In this document: piece after piece, positions 14,801 to 28,760 of the stretch
Position numbering within the stretch: position 1 is the first letter of the stretch
Layout of the letters: each line of letters begins with the position of its first letter
From: Cenococcum geophilum
Lineage: Eukaryota
Assembly (NCBI GenBank): GCA_050273025.1
Contig: CP158636.1
Span: 3,348,001-3,412,000 of the forward strand
Direction of reading: 5' to 3'
Length of the DNA stretch: 64,000 bases
Notes under the pieces: model-generated
Database searches by the model: none
What the model saw: only the letters and a program-made list of their open reading frames with translations
Told to the model about the DNA's origin: nothing
Position numbers and translations under genes: made by a program

Positions 14801-17800
14801 TGTCACGGGATACCCTTGTGACACCTTACACACGTCCACCTGTTTTCACCGACTTAGCAATTAAAGACTAACCGCGAAATGGCAATTTAACGGCAATCTG
14901 ATGGCAATCTAACGGCAATCTACGGCATTCTACTATATTCTGCCAAGTTCTACCAAATTCTACTAAGTTCTACTAGGACTACGACCTGAACCCTATTCTG
15001 CCCTATATACGTATTAACTAAGCAACTAAGTTAAAGATATATGCCCTTTCTTCCCGTTTTCCTACCTTCTTTCCTTATGTAACGTCTTAACCTCCTTATA
15101 TAGTTTATATATATAGCTTAATAATATCTACCTTGCTATATATTATCGCCGCTTATACTCACTCCGTAATACTACGTTGCGTTAACTTTATATACTACCT
15201 CCGAAATGCAAAACAACCCCGAAGCCTCCGTAACGGCCACTAGTATTATATCCGTACTCTAAGAATAACTAGCAGAAATATAGAAGTCTTTTATAGACGC
15301 CCTTATATAAAACTAAGCTACTCTAAATTAACGATAAGCTAAATAAGAAGTATGATATTAGCGATTAATTAAGGACCTCTAAGAAGAAATCCGTACACTT
15401 AAGATACCTACGTTAGGGCCTTAAGACCGAATACTATCTTTAGAGATGAACACGCGGGACGCAAGCCCCGAACCTGTAGTAACTATTTACCTTAAACTAA
15501 CTACTATACCAAAATAATCCGAATAACTACTAAATCCCCTAGTATTTACTAGTAAATAATAAGAACTCTAATTATTTTTAAGCTAGCTTAAAAATAAGCT
15601 AACTAGTAACGCTGACCGTTACCTAACTGAAGCTAACCGACTTTGTTATGCCCTAAGTTAACTAGGAGGAGAGGCAGCTAACTTTATTAAACCTTTTTAG
15701 CCAACCTTAGTATAAAGCCTAGTTGTACTTCTTAAAGCCTTATATAGTAACCTAAACCGCTAAGCTATTACCTAGAGAAAGATAAACCACATAGCTTAAG
15801 GAATAAAAAGTTTCCTAGTATACTTCTCTAAATTTAACCGTTACGCAAGGGAAATAGGCTGGAATAACTCCGTACTAATTAACAGCCTTATTAAATCTTT
15901 AAGCCCTAAACTAAAAACCTCCTTAATAGGCGTAGACCTACTAGGAGCCCTTAATGCCTGCATAAATATCGTTAATAAATAGTATAATAATATACTACGC
16001 CTAATACCGAAGTCCGCCCCTTAATATAATATGGCAACCCCATAAACGTCTACTAAGTTATTATCTTAGCCTAAGCACCCCGACGCTATGGATATTAACA
16101 CTAGAACCCTAGAGTATGCCCTACTAGGGTCCCCTAAATAAGAAAGATGTATTAAGCTAGGCCTCTACTTTAAGTATAGAAGTAAGGACTACATCTTAAA
16201 ATACTATCTCGTCCCCTTACCTATACCCTAAAACGATTTACGAATGGCTAATACTAGCAACCGTTTACCGCATTAATCTTCTGGTTACCGCCCCCAATCT
16301 TTACCTAGTTTTAGCCCCGTATTTAATAAGCACTACTTATAAGGGCAAAGCTATAACTAACGTTCTATAAGAACCCCTTTCCGCTCACTACTAAAAGGCA
16401 CGTCCTAGAGTTAAGTCACTCTCTAAAACGGCTTTACCTTAGGATCTCATTAAATGCTTTAGATATTACGAATTCTAACTCTTAGGATTATAGCATAACT
16501 ATTAACTATTATCTTTAGCAGAATGGTTAATAGGCTAACGCTCAAATCCTAATTAATATAGGAGCTAGCGGTATAGGATTTATTAATAAGATCTTTACGT
16601 ATAATAATGGTTTCACCCTAATTCCCCCTTAACCGGCATATTGACGTATTTAGATTTAATGGTAAACGCACCGTCTTAGGCCGTATTACCTATGTGGTAG
16701 CCCTAAGGCTCTAATATCTAAACTATAAAGAACTAATTAAGCTTTTCGTTACTACCCTAGGTTACTTAGTAATCCTTAAATAACCCTAGATAAAGCTATA
16801 TAAGGTAACTATTAATTAGGACAACCTTAAGCTTCTATTTACCGCCTCCCGTTATAAGCAGAAGTGCCTTACTACTCGCTACTTAGACTAAGAACTAAAA
16901 TCTAAAAAATTTACTAGGATCCACTAGTCTAAAATTTCTATAACTGTCTACCCTGTACCTAAGAAATCTACCAGATTCTACTAACTTAGAAATTCTACTA
17001 ACATCCACTAAGGACCTAAAAACTCCACTAAATTCTATAAGCTATTACTAAGTACTATACCGCCCTGAGCTAAGCAGAAGCTTAAGCTTAATATACAAAA
17101 ATACTAAAAGGACTAGTATTCTACTATAAAAAGGATTCTTAAAGAACCTAAACCTAAATCTAATACTAACTTTGTACCTAATACCGAACCTAAACCTAAA
17201 TAAGAAACTATAGATAATCCGAGCAAACTTAGCACCCTAAATATCCGCATAATTGGAGCTACTCTATTAGTATAACTTGCTAAGAAACCTAAACATATAA
17301 TCTTTGCTGTTACTATAGCTAATATTAAGAAGGCCTTAGTACTAAAGAAGCATACTAACCCTACTATAAAGGTACTAGTAGAGTACTATAACCGCCTAGA
17401 GGTATTCTTACGGAAGGAAGCTAATAAGCTACCGGAATACTGATTATACGACTATAAGATTATACTTAAAGACGGAAAGCAGCCTAGATTTGGACCCCTA
17501 TACAGAATGTCCTAAAATGAACTCTAAGTACTACGGAAGTATCTAGATAAGAACCTAAGTAAAGGATTTATTAGAGCGAGCTTATCGCCTATAGCCGCAC
17601 TAGTAATCTTCATTAAGAAACCCGGCGGCGGTCTACGCTTTTACGTAGACTACTAAGCTCTTAACGCTGTTACCGTTAAGAACTAATATCCGATCCCATT
17701 AATATAAAAGACATTAAACCGACTAAGTAAGGCTCGCTACTATACAAAGCTTAATATCATCTCTGCATTTAACCGCCTCTATATAGCAAAAGGAGATAAA

Positions 17801-20746
17801 TAGCTTACTGCATTCCGTACTTAGTATGGATTATTTAAATATTTAGTAACGCTATTTAGCCTCGCAAATGCCCCGAGTTTATTCCAACATTACGTAAATA
17901 ATACCCTACGTCCCTACCTGGATATCTTCTATACTACTTATATTAACGACATCCTGATATATAGTAATAACCTAACCGAATATTGGAAATACATTGGCCT
18001 TATTCTATAAGCCCTATACGGAGCTAGTCTATAATTAGATATAGATAAATATAAGTTCTATAAAACGGAAGTCCTATATCTTAGACTCCTTATTTCTATA
18101 AACGGTATATAAATAGACCTAAAAAAAGTTAAAGTAATTATAAACTAGCAAAAACCCGAGAACATTAAGGATATAAGAGCCTTTATAGGATTTGCCAACT
18201 TCTACTAATAGTTTATTGATAACTTCTCCGCCCTAGTTTTACCCCTTATTACTCTAACCTAAAAAGATAAAGCTTTTATCTTTAACAAAGAATGTAAGAA
18301 GGCCTTTACGTATCTAAAGGTTATATTTACTACTGCACCTATACTCTAATACTTTAACCTAAAACGAATAAGTGTTGTAGAAGCCGACTTATCTAATTAT
18401 GTTACTAGAGGCATTCTGTCTTAATATAACAAAGAAGGAGTATTACACCCTATAGTATACTTCTTAAAGCAACTAAGCCCTACCAAATGCAATTACAAGA
18501 TCTATGATAAAGAATTGCTAGCTATTATTAGATGCTTTAAGCAATGGTAACCCAAACTAGAAGGCGCCGGATTTCCGATTAAGGTCCTTAGCGACTATAA
18601 GAACCTATAGTACTTTACGACCACAAAATAGTTAAGTTATCGTTAGGCTCGCTAGTTAGAATATCTATTACGCTTCCAATTCTTAATTATATACTATTTA
18701 GGCGTCTAAGGTTAGAAGCCTAATACCCTAACCTGACGCTCGTAAGACGCGCCAGTCCTAGAAAAAGCGTGCTCTTACCAAAATCAGACCCTACTTTGCC
18801 CTAAACTATTTAACCCTCCTATTAAAGATCTTACGGTATACGTCCTTAAAATAACTAATTAATCAATTAAATAGATTATAGTTAATAAATACCTAAATAA
18901 CGAGTTTATTTAAGAGACGCTTAAACTAATATAAGATAGTATTAGACGCTCTAAAAAGATTTCTTTAAGTAAATACAAAGCCCGCGGAAACCGCCTATAT
19001 TACCAGAACCGTCTAGTTATCCCTAATTACGATAAGCTTAAGCTTAAGCTCCTTAAACACATATATAATCTACCGGTAGCCGGCTACCTAGGCTAAGGAA
19101 AAACCCTAGAACTACTCTAATGAGAATACTATTGGCCGAATATACATAATACGACACGAAGGTATATCTTTAGCTGCTATATCTACCGGCGAGCTAAAGC
19201 TTTATATAAGACGTATAACGGCCTTTTAAAGCCACTACCTGCTCTAGACTAAAGATGGAAGGATATCTTAATTAACTTTATTGTTGATCTCCCTGTAAGT
19301 AAAGGCTGCACGAATATTATGGTAGTTGTAGACCGACTGTCTAAAATGAGACACTTAATTGCCTGCCCCAATATATTAACACCTACTATCGCCTAACTAT
19401 TCCTGGATTACGTATAGAAACTCTACAGACTCCCTAAAACAATTATCTCTAATAAAGGTAGCCAGTTTATCTTTATATTCTAGGAAGAACTAACTACTTA
19501 ACTCTGCATTAAAGCACTATTGTTTATAGTATACTACTTAGAAATAGATGGTTAAACGGAATGTATAAATGCTATAATAGAGCAGTATATTCGGATATAC
19601 ATGTCGTACTTATAAGATAACTAGATTAACTAGCTTATATTCGCCAAGTTTATAGCAAATAATTCCGTTTCAGAAACTATAAAGATCTCCCCATTCCTAG
19701 CTAACTACGGCTAGCATCTATAAATAGGTTTTAAACCCTTTAGTAACATTCCTTACCCCGCTTATTAAGCCTTATAAGTTATAGAAGTAAATAAATTTAT
19801 AAAAAGATAGAGGAACTATAATAGTTCCTTACTAATGAAATAATATAGGCCCAATCTGTTTATAAAGCCGCAGCGAATAAGAAACAAACCCTAGTACTAG
19901 CTTACTAAATTAGTAACTTTGTCTAGCTAGATATAAGAAATCTAAACACAACACAACCTACTAAGAAACTTAATTGGAAGAACGCTGGCCCTTATAAGGT
20001 CAAAAAGGTCGTCTCCTCTTACTCCTACCAATTAAAGCTCCCTGATACGGTTAAAATCTACCCCATATTCCATACGTCAGTCCTCTATCCTACTGCCCCC
20101 GTATTAAACGCCCTGCCTAGACAGATATAGGACCCTCCCCCACCAGTTAAAGTAGATGGTAAGAATAAGTACTTTATTAAAAGAATTAATAATATTAAGT
20201 ATAATAAACGGAAACGCTAATATATATATCTTATAAAATAAAGAGGCTTTACCAAGTCCTTATAGAAACCCGTTAACTCTATAGGACTTATATAAGCCAC
20301 AGAAGACTTTTACAAACTCTACCTAGAACTACTATAGCCCTATCTCGTAAAAGCTTAAGTTTAAAGAGGGGGTACTATTACGGGACACCCTTATAATACC
20401 TTACACACGTCTACCTGTTTCCACCGACTTAGTAATTAAAGACTAACCGCGAAATAGCAATTTAACGGCAATCTAATAGCAATCTAACGGTAATTTATAG
20501 CATTCTGCTATATTCTACTAAGTTCTACCAAATTCTGCTAAGTTCTGCCAGAACCACAACCTAAACCCTATTCTGCCCTATATACATATTAATTAAGTAA
20601 CCAAGTTAAAGATATATCCCCTTTCTTCCCGTTTTCCTACCTTCTTTCCTTACGCAATGTCTTGACCTCCTTATACAGTTTATGTACATAGCTTAATAAT
20701 ATCTACCTTGCTATATATTATCGCCGCTTATACTCACTCCATAACA
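14801..20746 (+). mobile_element. Full-length chromodomain Ty3/Gypsy retrotransposon, RIP-inactivated (5946 bp)
   Basis: 371-bp LTRs at 14801-15171 and 20376-20746; TSD ACTGT/ACTAT (one RIP change); polypurine tract just before 20376. Gag CCHC ~16165, PR LIDTGASG ~16550, RT YIDDI ~17940, RNase H, integrase, chromodomain (EYF.ERI...YL.KWRG) ~20165-20250. Confidence 0.95.
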
Positions 20747-20904
20747 ACTATTAACGCGTTAAATTGCCTAGAGGACCCTTAAAGCTTAAAACCACGTATT
20801 AACTTAACTATTAACGCGTTAAATCGCCTAGAGGACCGTATCTTTACTAAGAATCGTCTTTAGTCTTTAAAAACTGTAGATTTGTCAAAGGGACATATAC
20901 ACAC

Positions 20905-21062
20905 CCTTATACCCTTATCTCTCGACCTTAACCTTAACCTCGACCTTAACCTCTACCTCACCCTCAACCTTAACCCCTGACCTCGACCACAACCCTTAAC
21001 CTTAACCTTAAACCTCGACCTTAACCTCAAACTTAAACCTCTAGAACCTCTACTTAACTTCA
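20905..21062. repeat. Degenerate hexamer repeat (ACCTTA/ACCTCG) in the Copia leader
   Basis: Run of accttaacctcgaccttaacc variants. Confidence 0.7.
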
Positions 21063-22382
21063 AACTATAACACACAAATACACCTTTTTATAACTTTCTA
21101 CGGCTATAGAGAACACACACGATAATATGGAAATTAATTAGAAGGAGAGAATTGCTAAGTACGGCTACGGAATTAACTTAAAGACAGCTACGGATAACGA
21201 CCTAACGGAGTATATAGAGACTAAGATGCACCTATATACACAATCTAACCTAGACTATTTATTATAGACAGTGTTTTAGGAAGACTTTAAGGACTTTACG
21301 CTAGAGTACTTTAAACGAGTACGATCTAAAACTAGAATAGAAATCCGTAACTACCTAGTTAAAAAAGGAGTATACGTTACTAAGTAAGATAAGAGATACT
21401 CCCTTAGTAAGGTGCTAACAGACGTCGCTAATAAAGAAGAGCCTTATAAATAGACGGATAAGGAGCTTATTGCGGCCCTTATAGAGGTAAAGCTAATAAT
21501 TATAATAACTCTGCAAGATAGGCTAAACTACACTTATAACGGTCTATTGGGTTAGCCTATGGCTATAGTTATAATACTACCTAGGTCTAGTACGCAAACA
21601 CCTATATAGAATTAGCAATTATTACCTATAGCAACCACCTCTACCCTCCCTCTAGCAACTGCTCCTACCCCACCGCTAGCTACCCCAATTACTATACCAC
21701 TAGCTACCCTAATCGCTGCGCCACCAGCTACTCCGATCGCTGCCCCCACTACCCCTACTACCCCTACTACCCCTACTACCCCTCCTAGTCCTTAATCCTC
21801 TAATTATAACCAATTGCTATAGTTAAGAGAGCAGTAACTATAGTAGCTATAGTAACTATAGCAGCTATATATATATATATTACCTAAACCAGCCGTTCCT
21901 AGTATAGAGTAAGGACTTAGGTAAGGACCTAAATACAGTAAAGAGGTAGCTATAATTTTAGTTACTACTTACTAGGGAGTGCTAGCATACTATATTACTT
22001 CTCCAATCGTTATATAGGAGAAGGAACACCCTAATTAAGAAGTATATACTACCTTCTTTACAGATTACCGCTACTACAGTTAAGATTAAGGCCGAAACTA
22101 TGGCCAGAACTATGACCGGAACAACCAAAACTGTAACTAAAACGGCTAAAACTTTAGCCTTAAAGCCTATAGCTCTATTAGCGTAGGTTAAATAAATAAA
22201 CTCTAAGGTATTACCTGGGTGTATAGTAGGGAGTAGGCAATACCCTTATATAGGAGAAAGAGAGACGAACTAATAGGGGAGGAAGAAGGCTGTAAGCCTA
22301 AAGAGCTTATAAGGGGTGGCTAAGGCCTAGCCGAAGGCTACCCTTAGTAGCCCTAAGAGCTCCTAAAATGTAGCTAAGATAG

Positions 22383-22640
22383 TGTTACGGGACTACCCTA
22401 TAATACCTTATATACGCCTACCTATTTGCACCGCTAAGACACTAGTATCTAATACCCGCAGTGTCTAATATCTACAAGATCCGCAAGATTCGTAATATCC
22501 GCAATATTCGCAATATCCGCAGTTCTTTATACTAATTTAAGGTCCTTATACAACTATCTTATTTAACTAGGAACTACGCAAGAGAAACGCTTAATGATTA
22601 ATATAATATGTCTTCGCTAAGCTTACAAACAAAGATAGAT
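22383..22640 (+). mobile_element. Gypsy-type LTR fragment
   Basis: Begins TGTTACGGGACTACCC..., similar over ~55 bp to the start of the LTR at 14801; right boundary uncertain. Confidence 0.55.
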
Positions 22641-25384
22641 TACCGAAGTTAAGTGAATCGATGGAGATACTAACCCTATAGACACTATAATAAAGGGCAA
22701 GCCTTATACGGCACTATTACAGCTTATTAATATAAATTAAGTCGAATTATAGGCCATAGGGTGGGTTAAACGAACGGATTCGAATTTATAGGCGAGCTAA
22801 TAGCGATTTTCTATTCTGGGGATGGAAAATCCTAATTAGCTGGTTTAACGGTATAGCAGAATCCGATAGGTGGCGCGCTCTAGGATTAAAGGTGGAGCTA
22901 TTGCGTATTATAGATAGAAGAGCTAGTTATTGTATATACGCTATAAGTAGTCTAGAAGACTTAACTTTGGAGTGTAGATTAGCCTTCTTTTTAGAGTTGC
23001 TCCAGTATTAGAACGTTAATTACGTAACGTAGTTACGAGACTACAAAGCAAGACTAACTATCTAACCTTGGAGTAACCCCTTTCTTTTAAAAACAATCAA
23101 CTACCAACTTTAATACCGCATACGTACCACTATAAGTGATATTCGTATACGTTAATAAAGTAAGTATACCGATAGTAATATATAAGTAATTATATATAAA
23201 TAGTATTAAGTATATTTTCATAATATGACCTATATATATATTTAATAGTATATAATTAAAAAACTTAAAAATATTATATAAAATATTATAAAAATATATA
23301 ATTTTTCTTTAAGTTTTCTTTAAAAAATTAATTTTTATACTTATAATAGTAATATAATAATAATAATTTTTATAATATTTATTAGTTTTACATATTATAA
23401 TTATTTAAAAATACTCTTTTTATTAATAATTATTATATTACTATATTACTATACCATTATATAATTACTTAAATTTTTATCTATTAATATATATTATTTA
23501 TATATGTTATTATACTAATTTTAATAACTTAATATAATATTATATAATAACTATATAATATAAAATAATAATAAATAATAATAAATATAGTAATAATATA
23601 TAAGTCTATTTTAATAATTTACTAATCTACTAAATTTTTATTAAAATTTTATATTAATAATAGTATTATAGATTAGTTTTATATATATAAGTGATTTATT
23701 ATAGATATGTAGATATATATAAAATATAAAATATATAAAAAAGTGAATTTTTAAATAGTAAACAATTAGACGGCAAGCCTATATTAGGAAATAGAGGCTC
23801 CCTATTTAGGCAATCCGCGCCTTACTTACAACTTTGGCGCTACACCCTAACTAGCAATCTTCCTTAACAACCAACCATAAAAGGCCCTCCCTTTGCTGTC
23901 TTTTATCCTCTATTCTTCTTAACTTTTTCTCTCTACTCTCTCCCTTCCCCTCCCCTCGCTCTTCTTCCGTCCGTCTTAGCCGCCCCCTCTATTGCGCCCC
24001 AATCATCTATTATAAGGCTTTTTTTTTTAAAAAAACTCTGCCGCAGCATATGCACCGGCCCTAACTCTACTTCCGTTAATCCATTCCTCCCTATTATCTT
24101 ATTTTTATATATACTATGCCGTCTACTTCTAGGCACCCTAAGCCGCTACTAAAGAAGCCGCTTCTAAACTCGTCCCCACAAGCAGTTTGTAGACGCCTCT
24201 CCTCTCTCACACACTCTCCCTATCCTTCTCTCATTAACTTTCACTCTCTCCTCTTAGGCGAGTCACGGCTGCGGTTAAAGTGGCGATACCTCCTACCGGT
24301 TGCACAGTTAACGCTGGCCTGTGCGTTTAGGAACTTATTCTTTACTTTAGGGTTACTGATAGCATTCGCTACGCACTACCTAATGTATGTTTTAGCTAAA
24401 GAATGCATAGCACTTATGCCATTATCTTAGCTCTAATTACCTTACATCGCACTCTCCAACTTTAGCCCTTTAGTAGAATACGCTGACTAATCCGCGCTCT
24501 ATTATCCGTGTCCCGCTAGGGCTAGATCCCTTAGTAGTAACGCGGTAAGTTACTAGTATAAGGCATTAATTTCGTTCTTATAACCTTTACGTTGCCATAG
24601 TGGCCCCTATAGGATGCTCCGCCTTATATAAAGTGTCTAGCATAGCTATAACGTTGTAATACAACCAGCAGGGAGCTAGTGCCTAGAAGTTGGCCAATAA
24701 TAGCTTAGTAATAGCGTTAGGCGCGCTATAAGACGTAAATAGAGCCCTCTAAGCCAACCGTCTAACCGGCGTGGGGCAATGCTAGCAAGAATTGGTTATT
24801 AATGCGTTATCTAACATAGCCTCATCCTACGTAAGGGGTTAGCCGATAATTAAAGAATTGGCTAGTGATTGGCGGTTTCGTTCGAAGTAATATAGATCCT
24901 TAATTAGCTAAAAGATGCGGACGGTAGGTTATAACGTAGGTAGATATACTAAGATGTAAAGAACGGTCTAGAGGGTTTCTTATAATATTTACTAGCTAAT
25001 CGCCCAGGGAGCTATATATACTCTTATTACAATAGAGTTTCCGCGGCGTCTATAAGTACGATATATAATCGTCTTAAAGACGTTAAGGGCGATGGGACTT
25101 TAAGCTAATCCTTACTCCCCCTAATGCAGGCAGCTCCCTTATATTACCCCCTATAACTAAGCTTCTACGCTAGGATAGGGCATTTATATAGGTCCCTTAC
25201 AATCCTACCTTAGACGGCGTTGTTAGTAAGGTATATAAAGTGACACTTCTTAGCTCGGAGAGGTAGCTATATATTTTAACCTCTGGACTAGCTCCTATCC
25301 TTATAACCGGAGAAGCCAGCAGATCTCGGCACTAAAATAGCCTCCTCTTTTAGCACTCTTTTACTCACCCCTTTACTTCCTCCT

Positions 25385-27570
25385 ATGAAATATATTCCTT
25401 ATATTCCTCTAATACTTAAGCCTAAAACAAAATCTAAGGCTAAGCCTAAGGCGAAGCCTAAAATGACGGAGCCTAATTATGGCAAAGCTGGTTCCCCGGA
25501 ATATAATAGAGAGTGGGCCGATATTAATAACTTCTTAACTAATCTACCAGACTCTAAAGTGTCGCGTTCTCTAGATCTGGGACTACTAGCTCCGGTAAGA
25601 GCTATTAATTCTTTAGGTTCGCTATATTAAGGTATTATCTACGTCTTAAACGGTATAAGATAATAAATATCAGCTAATACATATATATAGACGGCAAAGG
25701 TGGTCTTGGCCCTATTCCTCTATAGATACTATAGAGTTACTAGCCTAGCTAGAAAGGGGCTAACTAGGCTATAGGCGTTAAGGAGATAAACTTAGCTATA
25801 GATAAGTTGTTTAATAGAAGCAGTCTAGGTAGGTATATTAATAGCGCTACGGCTCTTATTTACTAATTAATGATAAAATTTCCTTTAGTCCTTAAGGACG
25901 ACGCAGCTAAAGCAAGTTATAGTATAGGGGATATCTAATCCGGTAGCAGGTTGCTAGAATATTAGGATAATAGTCTAAACATAGCTAGTATATGCGCCCC
26001 CTTTATAGAGAATACTGGAGGCGTATATAATAGTAAGTAATCTTCCTACAGACTTATAAAGCCCCTATTTTAATATGTTTAAAAATAGTCTGTTAGAGTA
26101 GAACGAACCTCTTTATAAAAATCTAGGTATAATGAGTTGGCCGTCTATAACACATAAGCGGAAGCGCACTTTATCCGCTAATACGGCTATCTCCTCCGTA
26201 GAAGTACTAGACTTAACCTTAGAACTAGCTCTAGAAGACTCTTATTTAGTAAAGCGGAGGAGGTCGGCCTAGCTATAGGTAGAGAGCCTTATATCTAGTC
26301 CTATATGCATACTAAAGTTAACGCTGCCGCTAGGCCGCGGCAGCCTAATTTTGCCTCTTAGAACTAGTAATAATCTAAATGCTAATAACCTAGATAGTGG
26401 TAATAAAGACAATAACGCTAACATCCCGGACTTACCTTAAAACGATATCCTTAATTTAGTAAATAGTAGGGATAGTAAATATTAAGGGCATAGGCTAGGC
26501 ACGGGGCCGCTAGAGCCCTTAAGACAATTAGTCTCTCTATATAAATAAATAGAGGGCGATTAATACGTTAATAAGGATATATATACGGGCGAAGATAAAA
26601 GCAATAGTAGTGATAGTAAGGTTAGGGAGAGTAGCGAGGACGACCCTATTGGCAACTAGGAGGTGTCCTATAGGGCTAGTATAGCAACTTTATAGTGATA
26701 TAAACGTAGCAATCGTCTATTCTAGGATAAGCGGCGCGGTCTAATAGGAATAAGTTTTAAACGGCTTAACGGGAGCATAAGGCCTATAAGAATATTGCGA
26801 TATCTAAAGTTATTACCAGTACGCCGCCACTCTAGGTCTAAAGCAAACATTGTGACTTAGTCTACCTCCCTTTAAACATCCTCTTAAGGAGCGAAGGTAG
26901 TATATAACTGCACCGTTAACTATAGACAGAGCGACTATACGGACTATTAGCTAATATTACCCTTTACTAGGTGCCAGAATACACGACGTTAGTAACGGCA
27001 ATTGTATATTAGAATAAGATAACGTTAAAGTTGTCTTTAAAACCATTAATAATTATACATAACTTACTCGGTAACGTAGGGCAACTTATCCGTATAACGC
27101 AGTTAACGTCGGATTTATAGCTATTAGTAGGCTATTGGTATAACGATACGCTAAATATATACGCTAGTCCAAGCTTAACGTAGTAAAGTAGTAACTATAC
27201 CGCCAGCAAAACTAGTACACGTAGTCCGTACGGTAAAGGGGCTAATAATAATGCTGTTGGTCTAGACGATAACGAAGACAACAATAATAGAGATGACGAT
27301 TTTAAGAATGGTAGCTAAAGCTTAGGCAGCGAAAGCTTAGGCGGTAGTAATTCTAATACTAGCGCCGCCGCCGCTGCTGACGGGCGGCTCTATAGAGAGC
27401 ATAGGCGCGTATAAGTCCGAACACGTCGGCTATAGCTAAAGTTGGATAATTAGCGCTTATTCGCGTACAAGAACAAGATAGATATAAAGTAGGACGATAT
27501 ATTTAATTGTTTCCCAGATTAAACGCTAGGTGCAGTATGGGCGCACTGGCACATATTATAAGGGAAGTAA
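25385..27570 (+). pseudogene. RIP-destroyed gene for an acidic low-complexity protein with C-terminal MYB/SANT-like domain
   Basis: 27421-27570 de-RIPs to TRR.W..SDDQRLFAYKNKMDMKWDDIF..FPDRT.GAV.A.WH.L.GK*, with Trp spacing of a SANT helix-turn-helix; many TAA/TAG stops upstream. The 5' end is uncertain and may extend to ~24116. Confidence 0.7.
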
Positions 27571-27949
27571 TTTATTAAGGCCGCTATAATATCCTTAGAA
27601 TCTCCTAAACCGTTCTTATAGAGTGAGGTTTATTATAACTATAGCACTTTATCCTATTTACTACTAGATTTCCTTACTATTTTGTTTATAGAATTATATA
27701 TACCGTGCTAATATTAAGAAATAATTCTAATCTCCCTAAAGGAGTTAGTCTCCGGAATCTCGCCTTCTCTTTATTATCTAATTTTGTCTAGGGCGGCGAA
27801 GTTTTATAACGTTATAGAAAATTTAGAGGCCTAGCCTATAATCTTCTTAATATATTTATCCTATTCTTTTTATATATAGCTGGTTAAAACGGAGCATAGG
27901 GAGTTAAAATAATTAAAAGCATTTAGATTGGAAATAACAGCCTTAATAC

Positions 27950-28760
27950 CAGCTAGACACCAGCCCTACTTAACAGAAATCCTCCTCCTGCTCTAAAAAC
28001 ACTAAAAAGCCTAGGCTTAAAAGGCTATTAACCTAGATTACTAACGCTAGCCTTTCTACATACCGATATCGCAGTACCTTAGAGAGGGGACACACGTCGC
28101 CTTTATTCATTTAGTACTCCTTTAGGAATAGTTCTACTGGTGCTTCCGGCAGCGGAGGGCATTTACACCCTCCCTCTTCATTATTGTATTTACGCTAGTG
28201 CGCTAGTTTCCTTTCAATCTAAGCTATATTATAATCGCCTCTTCCTTTATATATCTTTTATGGGCCTTAATATATCCCGCAATCTTGCGTAGGTTAATAC
28301 AGCTACTATATTTAAACCATTTCCGTAACATTAAACCCTATATCTAAGGCCAATCTTAATTCCACTGGTAATAATCTATATTAAGTCTGAAGCGTATAGG
28401 GGCGAGCAAAGGTAAGTTGAGCATTTTTTTAAGACAGGATACGTGGAAATACTCCCGTGGCTGTATATTAAGCACGATCCAATATTTATCCTTAATCTTA
28501 ACCTCTTTACTTTCTGCTTTCTCTGCGAAGGAATAGTAATCTACTTAATATTGTACTTGTGCCATATATCTAAGTGGAGTTGGCTGTAACAGAACCGTTA
28601 ATGCGGGTTTACTCTTAAGTCGACGTCGCAAGCGTAACCCATTCTCCGTAATCTTTTCTTTAGGCGTTATCCGCGAACGCCGCTCCTTTTTAGTAGCAAA
28701 CTCCGCTATATCTTTTAGAATTTTCTCCCTTTCTCTAATGTCGCTCGTGGGCTTATAGGA
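27950..28760 (-). pseudogene. RIP-destroyed hypothetical gene, possibly with a Cys/His zinc-binding motif
   Basis: Minus strand gives protein-like text (QPREYFHVSCLKKML.LP.LAP.RFRL...WGLMLRKWF) interrupted by RIP-type stops. Confidence 0.45.

Larger units (their letters stand above)
14383..23174 (+). mobile_element. Internally deleted, non-autonomous Copia-type LTR element carrying nested insertions
   Basis: 169-bp LTRs at 14383-14551 and 23006-23174; GTAAT TSD at 14378-14382 and 23175-23179. Gag-like region ~21130-22150 resembles gag of the other Copia; only the RNase H C-terminus (DGDTNP.D..TKGKP...GWV) remains at ~22660-22775. Confidence 0.85.

Noticed and set aside
20905..21062. Telomere-like repeat
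   Set aside because: Units are ACCTTA/ACCTCG rather than CCCTAA and lie inside an LTR element.
24116..27570. Starship captain (DUF3435 tyrosine recombinase)
   Set aside because: No recombinase catalytic motifs are recognisable; the C-terminus is MYB/SANT-like.
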